Assembly (NCBI GenBank): GCA_964016885.1
Contig: CAXHJY010000596.1
Span: forward strand, 16,841-80,840
Length of the DNA stretch: 64,000 nt
DNA from: Eledone cirrhosa
Taxonomy: Eukaryota
Reading direction: 5' to 3'
The notes under the pieces were generated by a model. The model had not been told where the DNA came from, did no database searches, and saw only the letters and a program-made list of their open reading frames with translations. Each line of letters begins with the position of its first letter. Position 1 is the first letter of the stretch. The position numbers and the translations under genes were made by a program. Below, in pieces: positions 13,997 through 28,528 of this stretch.

Positions 13997-14540
13997 TAGG
14001 CAGTGGTAGTAGTGGTGGTATTGGTAGTGGTAGTAGTAGTAGTAGTAGTAGTAATAGTAGTAGTGTCTTACCTTACATTATCCTTATCATATCGTTTATT
14101 ATATCTTCCGGGGCGTTTCGGATAGAAGCTACTACTACTACTACTACTACTGCTACTACTACTGTAGCTATTACTACCACTACTACTATTACTACTACTG
14201 CTACTACTACTACTGTTACCACTACCACTACTACGACTACTACTTCTACTACTGTTACTACTACTACTGCTACTACTACTACCACCACTACTACTACTGC
14301 TACTGCTACTACTGTTACTACTACCACCACTCCTATTGCTGCTACTACTACTACTACTGCTACTACTACTACTACTGGTACTACTACTACAACCACCACT
14401 GCTACTACTGTTACTACTACTGCTACTACTGCTGTTACTACTACTGCTACCACCACTACTACCACTACTGTTACTACTTCTACTACTACTACTACTACCA
14501 CTACTGTTACTACTTCTACTACTACTACCACCACTACTAC
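13536..14540. repeat. (TGG/TAG)n and (CTA)n trinucleotide arrays flanking a 65-bp spacer
   Basis: Direct inspection. Confidence 0.9.
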
Positions 14541-14644
14541 TTTAAAACGGTACTCAACACATTGGGAGAGTAGAGCTACTTTTATTTGACTTGACCAATA
14601 AAACAGTTCTCGTCTTGTTGAAGTCATCTCTCTCTGTCTGTCAG

Positions 14645-14686
<42 letters not shown>

Positions 14687-15409
14687 ATAGAGAGAATGCG
14701 TGTGTGTGAGTATGTGTGTGAGTATGTATGTGTGTGTGTGTGTGTGTGTTCGTGTGTGTGTGTGAGTATGTCTGTGTGTGAGTGTGTGTGAATATATGTG
14801 TGTGTGAGTATGTGTGTGTGAGTATGTGTGTGTGAGTATGTGTGTGTGTGAGTATGTGTGTGTGAGTATGTGTGTGTGTGTGTGTATGTGTGTGTGCGTG
14901 GGTGTGTGTATGTGTGTGTGTGTGTGTGGGTGTGTGTGGGTGTGGGTGTGGGTGAAATTTATACATATATCTTTATATATATAAAAGCGAGGATGTGTGT
15001 GTCTGTGTACAAGTTTGGATACCTAAGGCCAGAAACTTTGGTCAAATTCGGTTGGTAATTGTAAAAACAATTGTAAAAACAATTACCAACCGAATTTGAC
15101 CAAATTTTCTGTGCACGTTGCACAGTTCGCTAAGATGGTCACATCACAAAGATTATTCCAATCGACCCACGTTGAGCAATAAAAAATCGATATCAAAATT
15201 ATCGGCAGCAAAATTGATGTAAGGGAGATAACCAACTTTATTGACAATCCTTATAAAAAAAAGGGAGATAACCAACTTTATTGACAATCCTTATAAAGAG
15301 AGTGTGATATGGAGACCTTCGTTTTCAATTTTAAAACAACAATCATCGTCGGACGAAATTTCAGAAATATAAACATCAGATTCATTTGAAGATAAATCAC
15401 TAATATTAT

Positions 15410-15595
15410 CGGTGGATTGGCAGTATCGGTAGAGGGTCGGACGCCATGCTTTCCAGCATAGTTACGTCCCTTTACGATCTGAGTTCAAATCCCGCCGAGG
15501 TTGACTTTGCCTTTCATCCTTACGGGGTAGATAAAATAAAGTACCAGTAATGCACTGGGTAATTGCTGGCCTTGTGCCTAAAGTAGAAACAATTA
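15410..15595 (+). mobile_element. SINE S1 nested in the Helitron
   Basis: Reverse complement of 1404-1588. Confidence 0.85.
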
Positions 15596-15901
15596 TCGTT
15601 TGTTTCTTGTTTATTCTTTGTTGCACTTTCAAAGTTAAAAAAACACTTGTTGTTTTAACTTGTTTCACTATATTAAGTGTTAACTTTCGCGGTAAGGGCC
15701 TAATCTCGCAGAAGTCTCGAATTGACTAGATTTTGATGATGGTCTGTTTATTTTTTGAACAATCCTTATGGGACTTTCCATTCAAACCATTGGGACCTAC
15801 AGCTTTTACATTTTTAAAGTAATTTCGTCCACATTTGAGGCAGGCATTTTTGACAATGAAGGAACATACTGAACAGGATTCTTCATGGATGTCCACGGAT
15901 A

Positions 15902-16419
15902 TGTAAATCTATTGATACTGTATGTGATCCACAGGATGCGGTCAACTATCCAGTTGAATTTCTAAATTCTTTAAATCCTCCTGGTTTACCTCCTAATACA
16001 TTGGTTCTGAAAGAGGAAACGCCAGTTATTTTGCTGAGAAATATCACTCCTCCAAAACTATGCAATGGTACACGCCTTGGGTTAAAAAACTGTCTCCACT
16101 TAGTATTGACGCTACCATTATATCCGGATGTGGAAAAGGTGAGGATGTGATAATAACAAAAATTAACCTGACTACATCAGGTGTAGATACTCCCTTCTCC
16201 TTTCACCGAACCCAATTTCCCCTTCGTGTTGCCTTTGCGATGTCCATAAACAAGTCGCAAGGTCAAACTCTGTCCGTCACTGGAATTCACTTGGATGAAC
16301 CTTGCTTTTCGCACGGACAATTCTACGTTGCCTGATCACGAGTTGGCAGTAGAGATAATCTCTTTGCGTTTGTTCCGAAAAGAAAAACAAAGAATATCGT
16401 CTATCCTGAAGTGTTTTAG
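15902..16419 (+). pseudogene. Helitron RepHel PIF1-like helicase C-terminal remnant
   Basis: YPVEFLNSLNPPGLPP..L.LK...VILLRNI.PPKLCNGTRL / QFPLRVAFAMSINKSQGQTL / FSHGQFYVA*SRV / TKNIVYPEVF; one frameshift near 16080 and one stop. Confidence 0.92.
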
Positions 16420-16975
16420 TGTTAACAAAAAAACTTATTACGGCTCTGCCTTGACTTCACCTTACTCATTACAAAACATACCAATGAATATGTCATGCAG
16501 GATATTTTGGATTATAAGTTCAAAATTTTGATGTTAAAAAAGTTAAAAAAGGATGCTCTCAAAGAATAGATTTTCTCTTATTCTACTCTCATTGTTTTTT
16601 TGTTTGTATACAACTCTGCTTTCATTACAACTTTTTGTACTTTAGCAAAACTGCCTGTTTTTTTACAGATTTGCAACGTGTATTGTCTTTAATCATTTGT
16701 AGAACTACATCCTGTTCAGTGTTTTCCTTCATTATCAGCATAGTTTTATGTGTACAAAGATTGCACTAAATATTCGTTTGCATTAATTATTGAAGACTTC
16801 TGCTTATTTTGACAGGTTGGGGACAAATAATGTTCTTCTTTTACTTCCTAGCTGTATATTCTTAGCATAATTTCAAACCCCGAGCAACGCCAGGTAAATC
16901 TGCTAGTGTAAAATAAAATAATTATTATTATGAGATTCCCCAGTTGCGATATGGATCACAATGAAATTTCGCCGT

Positions 16976-17021
16976 ACTGTACTGATGAAGGATAATACAC
17001 AGAAACATTAGTGTCTGCAGT
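16976..17021 (+). ncRNA. Hammerhead ribozyme (stem II decayed)
   Basis: actgta CTGATGA (16982-16988) ... GAAACA-TTAG-TGTC tgcagt; 6-bp stem I. Confidence 0.65.
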
Positions 17022-17183
17022 TCTGTTTACATGCCAATACAAGAGCAGGAATGAGGGGCTCAGCCTACTGACATGGCTTTAAAAAGGAGGCTTGTTTGCA
17101 TAATTGCAAACGAATCGAATATTATTATTAATATTCGAAAAACTCAGATTACATTTATTGTATTCAGCCATGTAGAGCAAAAT

Positions 17184-17385
<202 letters not shown>

Positions 17386-17435
17386 CATATATATATATAT
17401 ATATATATTTACATATATATATATATATATATATT

Positions 17436-17516
<81 letters not shown>

Positions 17517-17599
17517 GAATGTATGTATAGTATATTTGGCAATATTTTGAAGACCATGCACTATCATTTTAAAGTAGTGACTATATATGTGTGTATATT

Positions 17600-17932
17600 A
17601 GGAGTAAATCCCATGGTCACGACTGACCATGGGATTTACACCTAGAAAGTTTCCCTCCTAGGTACAAGTTCTGGCAAGGTGGTTTGTGGAAGACCAGTAG
17701 TCGCCCTTGCATACCAATCTCCCCTCTCCACACCACCGATGTTGGCCAGGGAAAAGCAATAGCCGATACGGCTTGGCACCAGTGACATCACAACTCATTT
17801 CTACAGCTGAGTAAACTAGAGTAATGTGAAATAAAGTGTCTTGCTCAAGAACACAACGCCAAGCCCGGTCCGAGAATCGAACTCATAACCTCACGATTGT
17901 AAGCCAGCGCTTTAACCACTAAGTCCTTCACA
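17600..17932 (-). mobile_element. CORE-type tRNA SINE
   Basis: Minus strand: AGTGGTTAA A box, GTTCGATTC B box, TGTGTTCTTGAGCAAGACACTTTATTTCAC CORE-like segment. Confidence 0.7.
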
Positions 17933-18286
17933 CATAATGATAAAAAAGTTTACATATTTTTTATTGTGGCTACGTTACTCTGGAGTTTCACATGTACTTA
18001 CAGCATCATCCATCAATCAAGTTATTTATTTATTTACTTTAAAAAATAAAACATTTTTATTAAAGTGCTTGTTGGTTTTAATGAAAGTGGACTCTCTCTC
18101 TCTCTCTTTCTCTCTCTGTTTGTTCGTTTTCTAATATTTTCAAGGCAGCAAGATATTTTTCCAAATTTAGTGTAACCTTTTAGCGGAAACCAGACAAACT
18201 CGATTATAAACTTATAAATGGCAACTGTTGCAAAGATCACCGTAGTCTTTCTCTGATACAACTGGAATTTAACACTGCTTTCTAAA

Positions 18287-18900
18287 CTCTTCTTCTTCAT
18301 CATCGCCCACATATTCCTGAGAGCGTTGTGGGGGAAGAGTCCTCAAACACTCCCTCCAGAAGGTCCTACCAGAAGCAACCATTTCCGACTGATCTGACTG
18401 GACCCCCAAGCGAGACCAGCCAAACTCGTGGATGTTATCCAACCATCTTGCTCGGGGTCTACCCCTGGGTCTCCTGCCAGTTGGTTTTGTCCGTAAAATC
18501 TGTCCAGCGATTCTTTCCTGAGACATTCTAACCACATGTCCATAGTATCGGAGCTGTGATCTCTCAATTTGGAGAAGTAGCGGCTCTACCTGGAGTGACT
18601 CTCTGTTCTCCGAACTACATACTCTATCGAATAACGTTACTCCAAAGACACTTCTGAGGAGTATTTTTCGGCCGCTCGTATCCGTGAGCATATTCTTCCA
18701 GTCATTACCCAAGATTCATGAGCAGAGGTAAGGGTTGGCATGAATACCGAATTGAAGTTAGCGAGTTTGGCTTTTACACCTACCTCCCTTCTTCTGACTG
18801 AATGGTGAAACTGGCGAATTACTGCACCAGCTCCTGTACTTAATTCAGCCTCCTGCCTTCCATCACTCGTGAACACGGCCCCGAGACACTTGAACTCCAT
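18287..18900 (-). pseudogene. RTE-clade LINE 3' fragment (RT C-terminus)
   Basis: FKCLGAVFTSDG, PTLTSAHESWVMT, SQLRYYGHVVRM..ERI...RRPRGRPRARWLDNI, followed by a (GAA/GAT) tail. Confidence 0.88.
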
Positions 18901-18954
18901 TCACGTGTAGCGTGAATATATATATTTGTTCGAGTATGTTGGCATTGCCACGTA

Positions 18955-19409
18955 CTAGCAGAAAAACCACCCTGCGGGTGGTTTTCTGCTAGCATGTGTG
19001 GTGTGTATATTGATATTATACGCAATTATATATACATGTAGATATGATACATCAAATAAAATCGTAATTGACAACATAAACAGAAATTGAACGAAAACTG
19101 CGTTACACTGTCTTATTTAATCAGTGACGTAATCTACACCGGAAGTGTTGACATTACACACTCTTTCTTTCTATATATATGGTAGTCTAAGTGGTGGTGG
19201 TAACGATAAACCGGAAGTGCAACTTTGAAAAGAAGTCAATTTTAAATTATTTATTTTTACGAAAATATTTTTGTTTACGAAATTTAGTAGATAAATTATG
19301 TAATATTCATTCATTATTTATTTAAAGTAATCCAACTTATTTTACTAACGGGATAAAAAAAAAATAAACCGTACGCAGTCCCGCACTCCTTCCTTTATTA
19401 TAGTTTAGA
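18955..19409 (-). mobile_element. Putative non-autonomous Helitron
   Basis: Minus strand: A^TCTAAACTATAATAA start; AAAACCACC-CGCAG-GGTGGTTTT hairpin followed by CTGCTAG^T. Confidence 0.5.
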
Positions 19410-19529
19410 TTAGAATAGATGATAAATCCATAAATATATACATATATTTATTTGCTTCTATCTATATATATATTTATGAATGTATAATCATATACATGTA
19501 GAGCCCCACAAACACCTGCATGTGCAAAA

Positions 19530-21475
19530 CATACACATATATACTTACACATATATACATACACACATCTACATACGCACATCTACATACACATATATAC
19601 ATACACATATATACATACACACACATCTACATACAAACATCTACATACACACACATCTACATACACACATCTACATACACATATATACATACACATATAC
19701 ACATACACATATACACATACACACATCTACATACACACATCTACATACATACATCTACATGCACATATATACATACACACACATCTACATACACACATAT
19801 ATACTCACACACATCTACACACACCTACACACACACACACACATCTACACACACACATACACATCTACATACACACATCTACACACACATCTACATACAC
19901 ACACATCTACACACACACATCTACATACACACATCGACACACACACATCTACACACACACACATCTATATACACACATCTACACATACACACACATCTAC
20001 ACACACACATACACACATCTACATATACACATCTACATACACACATCTACACACACACATCTACACACACACACATCTACATACACACATCTACACATAC
20101 ATACACATCTACACACACACATACACACATCTACATATACACATCTACATACACATATCTACACACACACATATACATGCACACACATCTACATACACAT
20201 ATCTACACACACACATCTACATGCACACACACACATCTACACATACACACACATCTACACACACACATACATACATCTACATACACATATCTACACACAC
20301 ATCTACACACATCTACATACACACACACATCTACATACACATATACATATACACATCTACATATACACATATATACATACACACACATCTACATACACAC
20401 ACATCTACATACACACATATATACACACATCTAGACACACACATCTACATACACAAATCTATATACACACATCTATATACACAGATCTACATACACACAT
20501 ATATACACACATCTACACACACACATCTACACACACACATCTACGTACACACACATCTACACACACACATCTACATACACACATCTACATACACACATCT
20601 ACACATACACACATCTATACACACACATCTACACACACATCTACATATACACACATCTACACACACACATCTACATACACACATCTACACACACACATCT
20701 ACACATACACACATCTACATACACACATCTACACACACACATCTACACACACACATACACACATCTACATACACATATATACACACACACATCTGCATAC
20801 ACACATCTACACACACACATCTACATATACACATATACATACACACATCTATACACACACATCTACACACACACATCTACACATCTACATACACACATCT
20901 ACATACACACATCTACATACACACACACATCTACATACACATATCTACATACACACATCTACACACACACATCTACACACACACATCTACATAAACACAC
21001 ACACATCTACACACACACATCTACACACACACATCTACATACACACACACACATCTGCATACACACATCTACACACACACATCTACATATACACATATAC
21101 ATACACACATCTATACACACACATCTACACACACACATCTACACACACACATCTACACACACACATCTACACACACACATCTACACATCTACATACACAC
21201 ATCTACACACACACCTACACACACACATCTACATACACACACACATCTACATACACATATCTACATACACACATCTACACACACACACATCTACATCTAC
21301 ACATCTACACACACACACATCTACACATCTACATACACACATCTACACACACACCTACACACACACATCTACATACACACACACATCTACATACACATAT
21401 CTACATACACACATCTACACACACACACATCTACATCTACATATCTACACACACACACATCTACATCTACACATC
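19530..21475. repeat. CATCTA(CA)n compound microsatellite
   Basis: Direct inspection. Confidence 0.95.
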
Positions 21476-21674
21476 AAGTGAACGTAGGTGTATGTTTCTT
21501 ATGACTATTGTATAATACACACATACACATATACACACACACATACACACACACACACACACACATACACACACACATATATATATATACATACACACAC
21601 ATACACACTCATATCCAATGATATTTTCATGTATCAGTCTCATCTTGTATTTCTGACTAAGTCTTCGGTTATCT

Positions 21675-21819
<145 letters not shown>

Positions 21820-21884
21820 GAGAGAGAGAGATGATTCCCATTCTCCTTGAACGATCAACGTTTATTCATACACACACGTAGGTA

Positions 21885-21990
21885 GTGCTGGGGTGCTGGA
21901 GTCGTGATGATAAGGTCGTGGATGCGATACCCGGGTTGCGCGGTGGGTTGTGTTCTTGGGCAAAATACTTTATTTCACTTTACCCCTTCC
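21885..21990 (+). mobile_element. Decayed CORE-SINE head running directly into the satellite
   Basis: GTTGTGTTCTTGGGCAAAATACTTTATTTCAC. Confidence 0.55.
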
Positions 21991-24900
21991 GCCAGGAGTT
22001 GTGACCATAGAAAGACCAATATTCTACCGTTGATCTAATCTCATCATCAGATCTTCTGCCAGGAGTTGTGACAATAGAAAGACCAATATTCTCCCGTTGG
22101 TCTCATCTCATCATCAGATCTTCAGCCAGTTGTGACAATCGAAAGACCAATATTCTCCCGTTGGTCTAATCTCATCATCAGATCTTCTGCCAGGAGTAGT
22201 GACAATAGAAAGACCAATATTCTCCCGTTGATCTAATCTCATCATCAGATCTTCCGCCAGGAGTTGTGACCATAGAAAGACCAATATTCTCCCGTTGATC
22301 TAATCTCATCATCAGATCTTCCGCCAGGAGTTGTGACCATAGAAAGACCAATATTCTCCCGTTGGTCTAATCTCATCATCAGATCTTCTGCCAGGAGTTG
22401 TAACAATAGAAAGACCAATATTCTCCCGTTGGTCTAATCTCATCATCAGATCTTCTGCCAGGAGTTGTGACCATAGAAAGACCAATATTCTACCGTTGGT
22501 CTAATCTCATCTTCAGATCTTCTGCCAGGAGTTGTGACAATAGAAAGACCAATATTCTCCCGTTGATCAAATCTCATCATCAGATCTTCCGCCAGGAGTT
22601 GTGACAATAGAAAGACCAATATTCTACCGTTGGTCTAATCTCATCATCAGATCTTCAGCCAGTTGTGACAATAGAAAGACCAATATTCTCCCGTTGGTCT
22701 AATCTCATCATCAGATTATCTGCCAGGAGTTGTGACCATAGAAAGACCAATATTCTACCGTTGGTCTAATCTCATCTTCAGATCTTCCGCCAGGAGTTGT
22801 GACAATAGAAAGACCAATATTCTACCGTTGGTCTAATCTCATCTTCAGATCTTCAGCCAGTTGTGACAATAGAAAGACCAATATTCTCCCGTTGGTCTCA
22901 TCTCATCATCAGATCTTCAGCCAGTTGTGACAATCGAAAGACCAATATTCTCCCGTTGGTCTAATCTCATCATCAGATCTTCTGCCAGGAGTTGTGACCA
23001 TAGAAAGACCAATATTCTACCGTTGGTCTAATCTCATCTTCAGATCTTCCGCCAGGAGTTGTGACAATAGAAAGACCAATATTCTACCGTTGGTCTAATC
23101 TCATCTTCAGATCTTCCGCCAGGAGTAGTGACAATAGAAAGACCAATATTCTACCGTTGGTCTAATCTCATCTTCAGATCTTCCGCCAGGAGTAGTGACA
23201 ATAGAAAGACCAATATTCTACCGTTGGTCTAATCTCATCTTCAGATCTTCCGCCAGGAGTAGTGACAATAGAAAGACCAATATTCTACCGTTGGTCTAAT
23301 CTCATCTTCAGATCTTCCGCCAGGAGTTGTGACAATAGAAAGACCAATATTCTCCCGTTGGTCTAATCTCATCATCAGATCTTCTGCCAGGAGTTGTGAC
23401 AATAGAAAGACCAATATTCTACCGTTGATCTAATCTCATCATCAGATCTTCTGCCAGGAGTTGTGACAATAGAAAGACCAATATTCTCCCGTTGGTCTCA
23501 TCTCATCATCAGATCTTCGGCCAGTTGTGACAATCGAAAGACCAATATTCTCCCGTTGGTCTAATCTCATCTTCAGATCTTCTGCCAGGAGTTGTGACAA
23601 TAGAAAGACCAATATTCTCCCGTTGATCAAATCTCATCATCAGATCTTCCGCCAGGAGTTGTGACAATAGAAAGACCAATATTCTACCGTTGGTCTAATC
23701 TCATCATCAGATCTTCAGCCAGTTGTGACAATAGAAAGACCAATATTCTCCCGTTGGTCTCATCTCATCATCAGATCTTCAGCCAGTTGTGACAATCGAA
23801 AGACCAATATTCTCCCGTTGGTCTAATCTCATCATCAGATCTTCTGCCAGGAGTTGTGACCATAGAAAGACCAATATTCTACCGTTGGTCTAATCTCATC
23901 TTCAGATCTTCCGCCAGGAGTTGTGACAATAGAAAGACCAATATTCTACCGTTGGTCTAATCTCATCTTCAGATCTTCAGCCAGTTGTGACAATAGAAAG
24001 ACCAATATTCTCCCGTTGGTCTCATCTCATCATCAGATCTTCAGCCAGTTGTGACAATCGAAAGACCAATATTCTCCCGTTGGTCTAATCTCATCATCAG
24101 ATCTTCTGCCAGGAGTTGTGACCATAGAAAGACCAATATTCTACCGTTGGTCTAATCTCATCTTCAGATCTTCCGCCAGGAGTTGTGACAATAGAAAGAC
24201 CAATATTCTACCGTTGGTCTAATCTCATCTTCAGATCTTCCGCCAGGAGTAGTGACAATAGAAAGACCAATATTCTACCGTTGGTCTAATCTCATCTTCA
24301 GATCTTCCGCCAGGAGTAGTGACAATAGAAAGACCAATATTCTACCGTTGGTCTAATCTCATCTTCAGATCTTCCGCCAGGAGTAGTGACAATAGAAAGA
24401 CCAATATTCTACCGTTGATCTAATCTCATCATCAGATCTTCTGCCAGGAGTTGTGACAATAGAAAGACCAATATTCTCCCGTTGGTCTCATCTCATCATC
24501 AGATCTTCCGCCAGGAGTTGTGACCATAGAAAGACCAATATTCTCCCGTTGGTCTAATCTCATCATCAGATCTTCTGCCAGGAGTTGTAACAATAGAAAG
24601 ACCAATATTCTACCGTTGGTCTAATCTCATCATCAGATCTTCTGCCAGGAGTTGTGACCATAGAAAGACCAATATTCTACCGTTGGTCTAATCTCATCTT
24701 CAGATCTTCTGCCAGGAGTTGTGACAATAGAAAGACCAATATTCTCCCGTTGATCAAATCTCATCATCAGATCTTCCGCCAGGAGTTGTGACAATAGAAA
24801 GACCAATATTCTACCGTTGGTCTAATCTCATCATCAGATCTTCAGCCAGTTGTGACAATAGAAAGACCAATATTCTCCCGTTGGTCTCATCTCATCATCA

Positions 24901-25596
24901 GATCTTCAGCCAGTTGTGACAATCGAAAGACCAATATTCTCCCGTTGGTCTAATCTCATCATCAGATCTTCTGCCAGGAGTTGTGACCATAGAAAGACCA
25001 ATATTCTACCGTTGGTCTAATCTCATCTTCAGATCTTCCGCCAGGAGTTGTGACAATAGAAAGACCAATATTCTACCGTTGGTCTAATCTCATCTTCAGA
25101 TCTTCAGCCAGTTGTGACAATAGAAAGACCAATATTCTCCCGTTGGTCTCATCTCATCATCAGATCTTCAGCCAGTTGTGACAATCGAAAGACCAATATT
25201 CTCCCGTTGGTCTAATCTCATCATCAGATCTTCTGCCAGGAGTTGTGACCATAGAAAGACCAATATTCTACCGTTGGTCTAATCTCATCTTCAGATCTTC
25301 CGCCAGGAGTTGTGACAATAGAAAGACCAATATTCTACCGTTGGTCTAATCTCATCTTCAGATCTTCCGCCAGGAGTAGTGACAATAGAAAGACCAATAT
25401 TCTACCGTTGGTCTAATCTCATCTTCAGATCTTCCGCCAGGAGTAGTGACAATAGAAAGACCAATATTCTACCGTTGGTCTAATCTCATCTTCAGATCTT
25501 CCGCCAGGAGTAGTGACAATAGAAAGACCAATATTCTACCGTTGGTCTAATCTCATCTTCAGATCTTCCGCCAGGAGTTGTGACAATAGAAAGACC
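21987..25596. repeat. 67/64-bp satellite, about 54 copies, with higher-order structure
   Basis: Unit GCCAGGAGTTGTGACAATAGAAAGACCAATATTCTMCCGTTGGTCTAATCTCATCWTCAGATCTTCY. Confidence 0.97.
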
Positions 25597-25843
25597 TCGG
25601 CGGGATTTGAACTTAGATCGTAAAGGGGCGTAACTATGCTGGAAAGCATGGCGTCCGACCCTCTACTGATACTGCCAATCCACTAGATTTTATATAATAT
25701 AGCATACATATATAATTGTTTCTACGTTAGGCACAAGGCCAGCAATTACCCAGTGCATTACTGGTACTTTATTTTATCGACCCCGTAAGGATGAAAGGCA
25801 AAGTTAACCTCGGCGGGATTTGAACTCAGAATGGCAAGGGCCG
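25594..25843 (-). mobile_element. Two SINE S1 fragments
   Basis: 25594-25683 (head) and 25714-25843 (body and tail) match 1404-1588. Confidence 0.8.
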
Positions 25844-25863
25844 TTACATATATAATGAGTGTG

Positions 25864-26238
25864 TGGTTATGGTGGCAGTGATGGTGATGAAGATGGTGGT
25901 GGTGATGATGGTGTTGATGGTGGTGGTGGTGATGATGATGATGGTGGTGGTGATGATGGTGATGGTGGTGGTGGTGATGATGGTGATGATGATGGTGGTG
26001 GTGATGATGGTGGTGATGGTAGTGATGGTGGTGATGATAGTGGTGGTGGTGGTGGTGATGGTGGTGGTGGTGGTGGTGATGGTGGTGATGATAGTGGTGG
26101 TGGTGATGATGGTGGTGATGGTGGTGATGGTGGTGATGGTGGTGGTGATGGTGGTGTTGGTGGTGATGATGGTGATGATGGTGGTGATGGTGGTGGTGAT
26201 GATGGTGATGGTGGTGATGAAGATGGTGGTGGTGATGA

Positions 26239-26270
<32 letters not shown>

Positions 26271-26705
26271 ATGGTGTTGATGGTGGTGGTGGTGATGATG
26301 ATGATGGTGGTGGTGATGATGGTGATGGTGGTGGTGGTGATGATGGTGATGATGATGGTGATGGTGGTGGTGATGGTGGTGATGGTGGTGGTGGTGGTGA
26401 TGATGGTGGTGGTGGTGGTGATGGTGATGGTGGTGATGATGGTGATGGTGGTGGTGGTGATGGTGATGGTGGTGGTGATGGTGGTGGTGGTGATGGTGGT
26501 GGTGATGGTGGTGATGGTGGTGGTGGTGATGGTGGTGGTGGTGGTGGTGGTGGTGTTGATAGTGGTGGTGGTGGTGGTGTGGTAATGGTGGTGGTGGTGA
26601 TGGTGGTGATGATGGTGGTGGTGGTGGTGGTGATGGGGATGATGGTGGTGATGATGATGGTGGTGATGGTGGTGGTGGTGGTGGTGGTGATGATGATGGT
26701 GGTGG

Positions 26706-26736
<31 letters not shown>

Positions 26737-28528
26737 GATGGTGTTGATGGTGGTGGTGGTGATGATGATGATGGTGGTGGTGATGATGGTGATGATGATG
26801 GTGGTGGTGATGATGGTGGTGATGGTGATGATGGTGGTGATGGTGGTGATGATGGTGGTGGTGGTGGTGATGGTGGTGATGGTGGTGGTGGTGGTGATGA
26901 TGGTGGTGGTGATGATGGTGCTGGTGGTGGTGATGGTGATGGTGGTGATGATGGTGATGGTGGTGGTGGTGATGATTGTGATGGTGGTGGTGGTGATGAT
27001 GATGATGGTGATGATGATGGTGATGGTGGTGATGATCATGGTGATGATGGTTGTGATGGTGGTGGTGGTGGTGATGATGATGGTGATGATGGTGATGATG
27101 GTGGTGGTGATGGTGATGATGAGGAAGGGGGCAGAGGAATGTAGCTAGGAAAGGGAGGCCTTCAGGGGTGTGAATGTTTAAAATAACCATCACCACCATC
27201 ATCACCATCATCACCACCACCACCACCATCACCACCATCACCACCATCATCACCATCATCACCACCACCACCACCATCACCACCATCACCACCATCATCA
27301 CCATCAACACCACCCCCATCACCATCATCACCACCACCATCATCACCATCACCATCACCACCACCACCATTACCACACCACCACCACCACCACTATCAAC
27401 ACCACCACCATCACCACCATCACCACCACCATCACCACCACCACCATCACCACCATCACCACCACCATCACCACCACCACCATCACCACCATCACCACCA
27501 CCATCACCATCATCACCATCATCACCACCATCACCACCACCATCATCACATCACCACCACCACCACCACCACCATCATCACCACCATTACCACACCACCA
27601 CCACCACCACCACTATCAACACCACCACCACCACCATCACCACCACCACCACCACCACCACCATCACCACCACCACCATTACCACACCACCACCACCACC
27701 ACCACCACCACCATCACCACCACCACCATCACCACCATCACCACCACCATCACCACCACCACCATCACCACCATCACCACCACCATCACCACCACCACCA
27801 TTACCACACCACCACCACCACTATCACCACCACCACCACCACCATCATCACCACCATCACCACCATCACCACCACCATCATCACCATCACCACCACCACC
27901 ATCACCATCACCATAACCACCATCACCACCATCACCACCACCATCACCACCACCACCATTACCACACCACCACCACCATTATCACCACCATCACCACCAC
28001 CACCACCATCACCACCATCACCACCATCACCACCACCATCACCACCATCACCATTACCACACCACCTCCACCACCATCACCACCACCATCACCACCACCA
28101 TCACCATCACCATCACCACCATCACCATCACCACCATCACCACCACCATCACCACCATCACCACCATCACCACCACCACCATCACCACCACCATCACCAT
28201 CACCATCATCACCACCACCATCACCACCACCACCATCACCACCACCACCACCATCACCACCATCACCACCACCATCACCACCACCATCACCACCATCACC
28301 ACCACCATCACCACCACCATCACCATCACCATCATCACCAACACCATCACCACCATCACCATCACCACCACCATCACCATCATCACCATCACCACCACCA
28401 CCACTATCACCACCATCACCACCACCATCACCACCACCATCACCATCATCACCATCACCATCACCACCACCACCACCATCACCACCATCGCCACCACCAT
28501 CACCACCACCATCACCACCATCATCATC
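25864..28528. repeat. (GGT/GAT)n array and inverted (ACC/ATC)n array around a 65-bp spacer
   Basis: Left array 25864-27120, spacer 27121-27185, right array 27186-28528. Confidence 0.9.

Larger units (their letters stand above)
14970..16906 (+). mobile_element. Internally deleted Helitron
   Basis: A^TC start (TCTTTATATATATAAAAGC), 3' end CCGAGCAACGCCAGG...CTGCTAG^T, and a helicase remnant inside. Confidence 0.85.

Noticed and set aside
21987-25596. CRISPR-like appearance of the 67-bp array (also the 34-, 23- and 56-bp arrays)
   Set aside because: Head-to-tail monomers without unique spacers, no cas genes, eukaryotic context.
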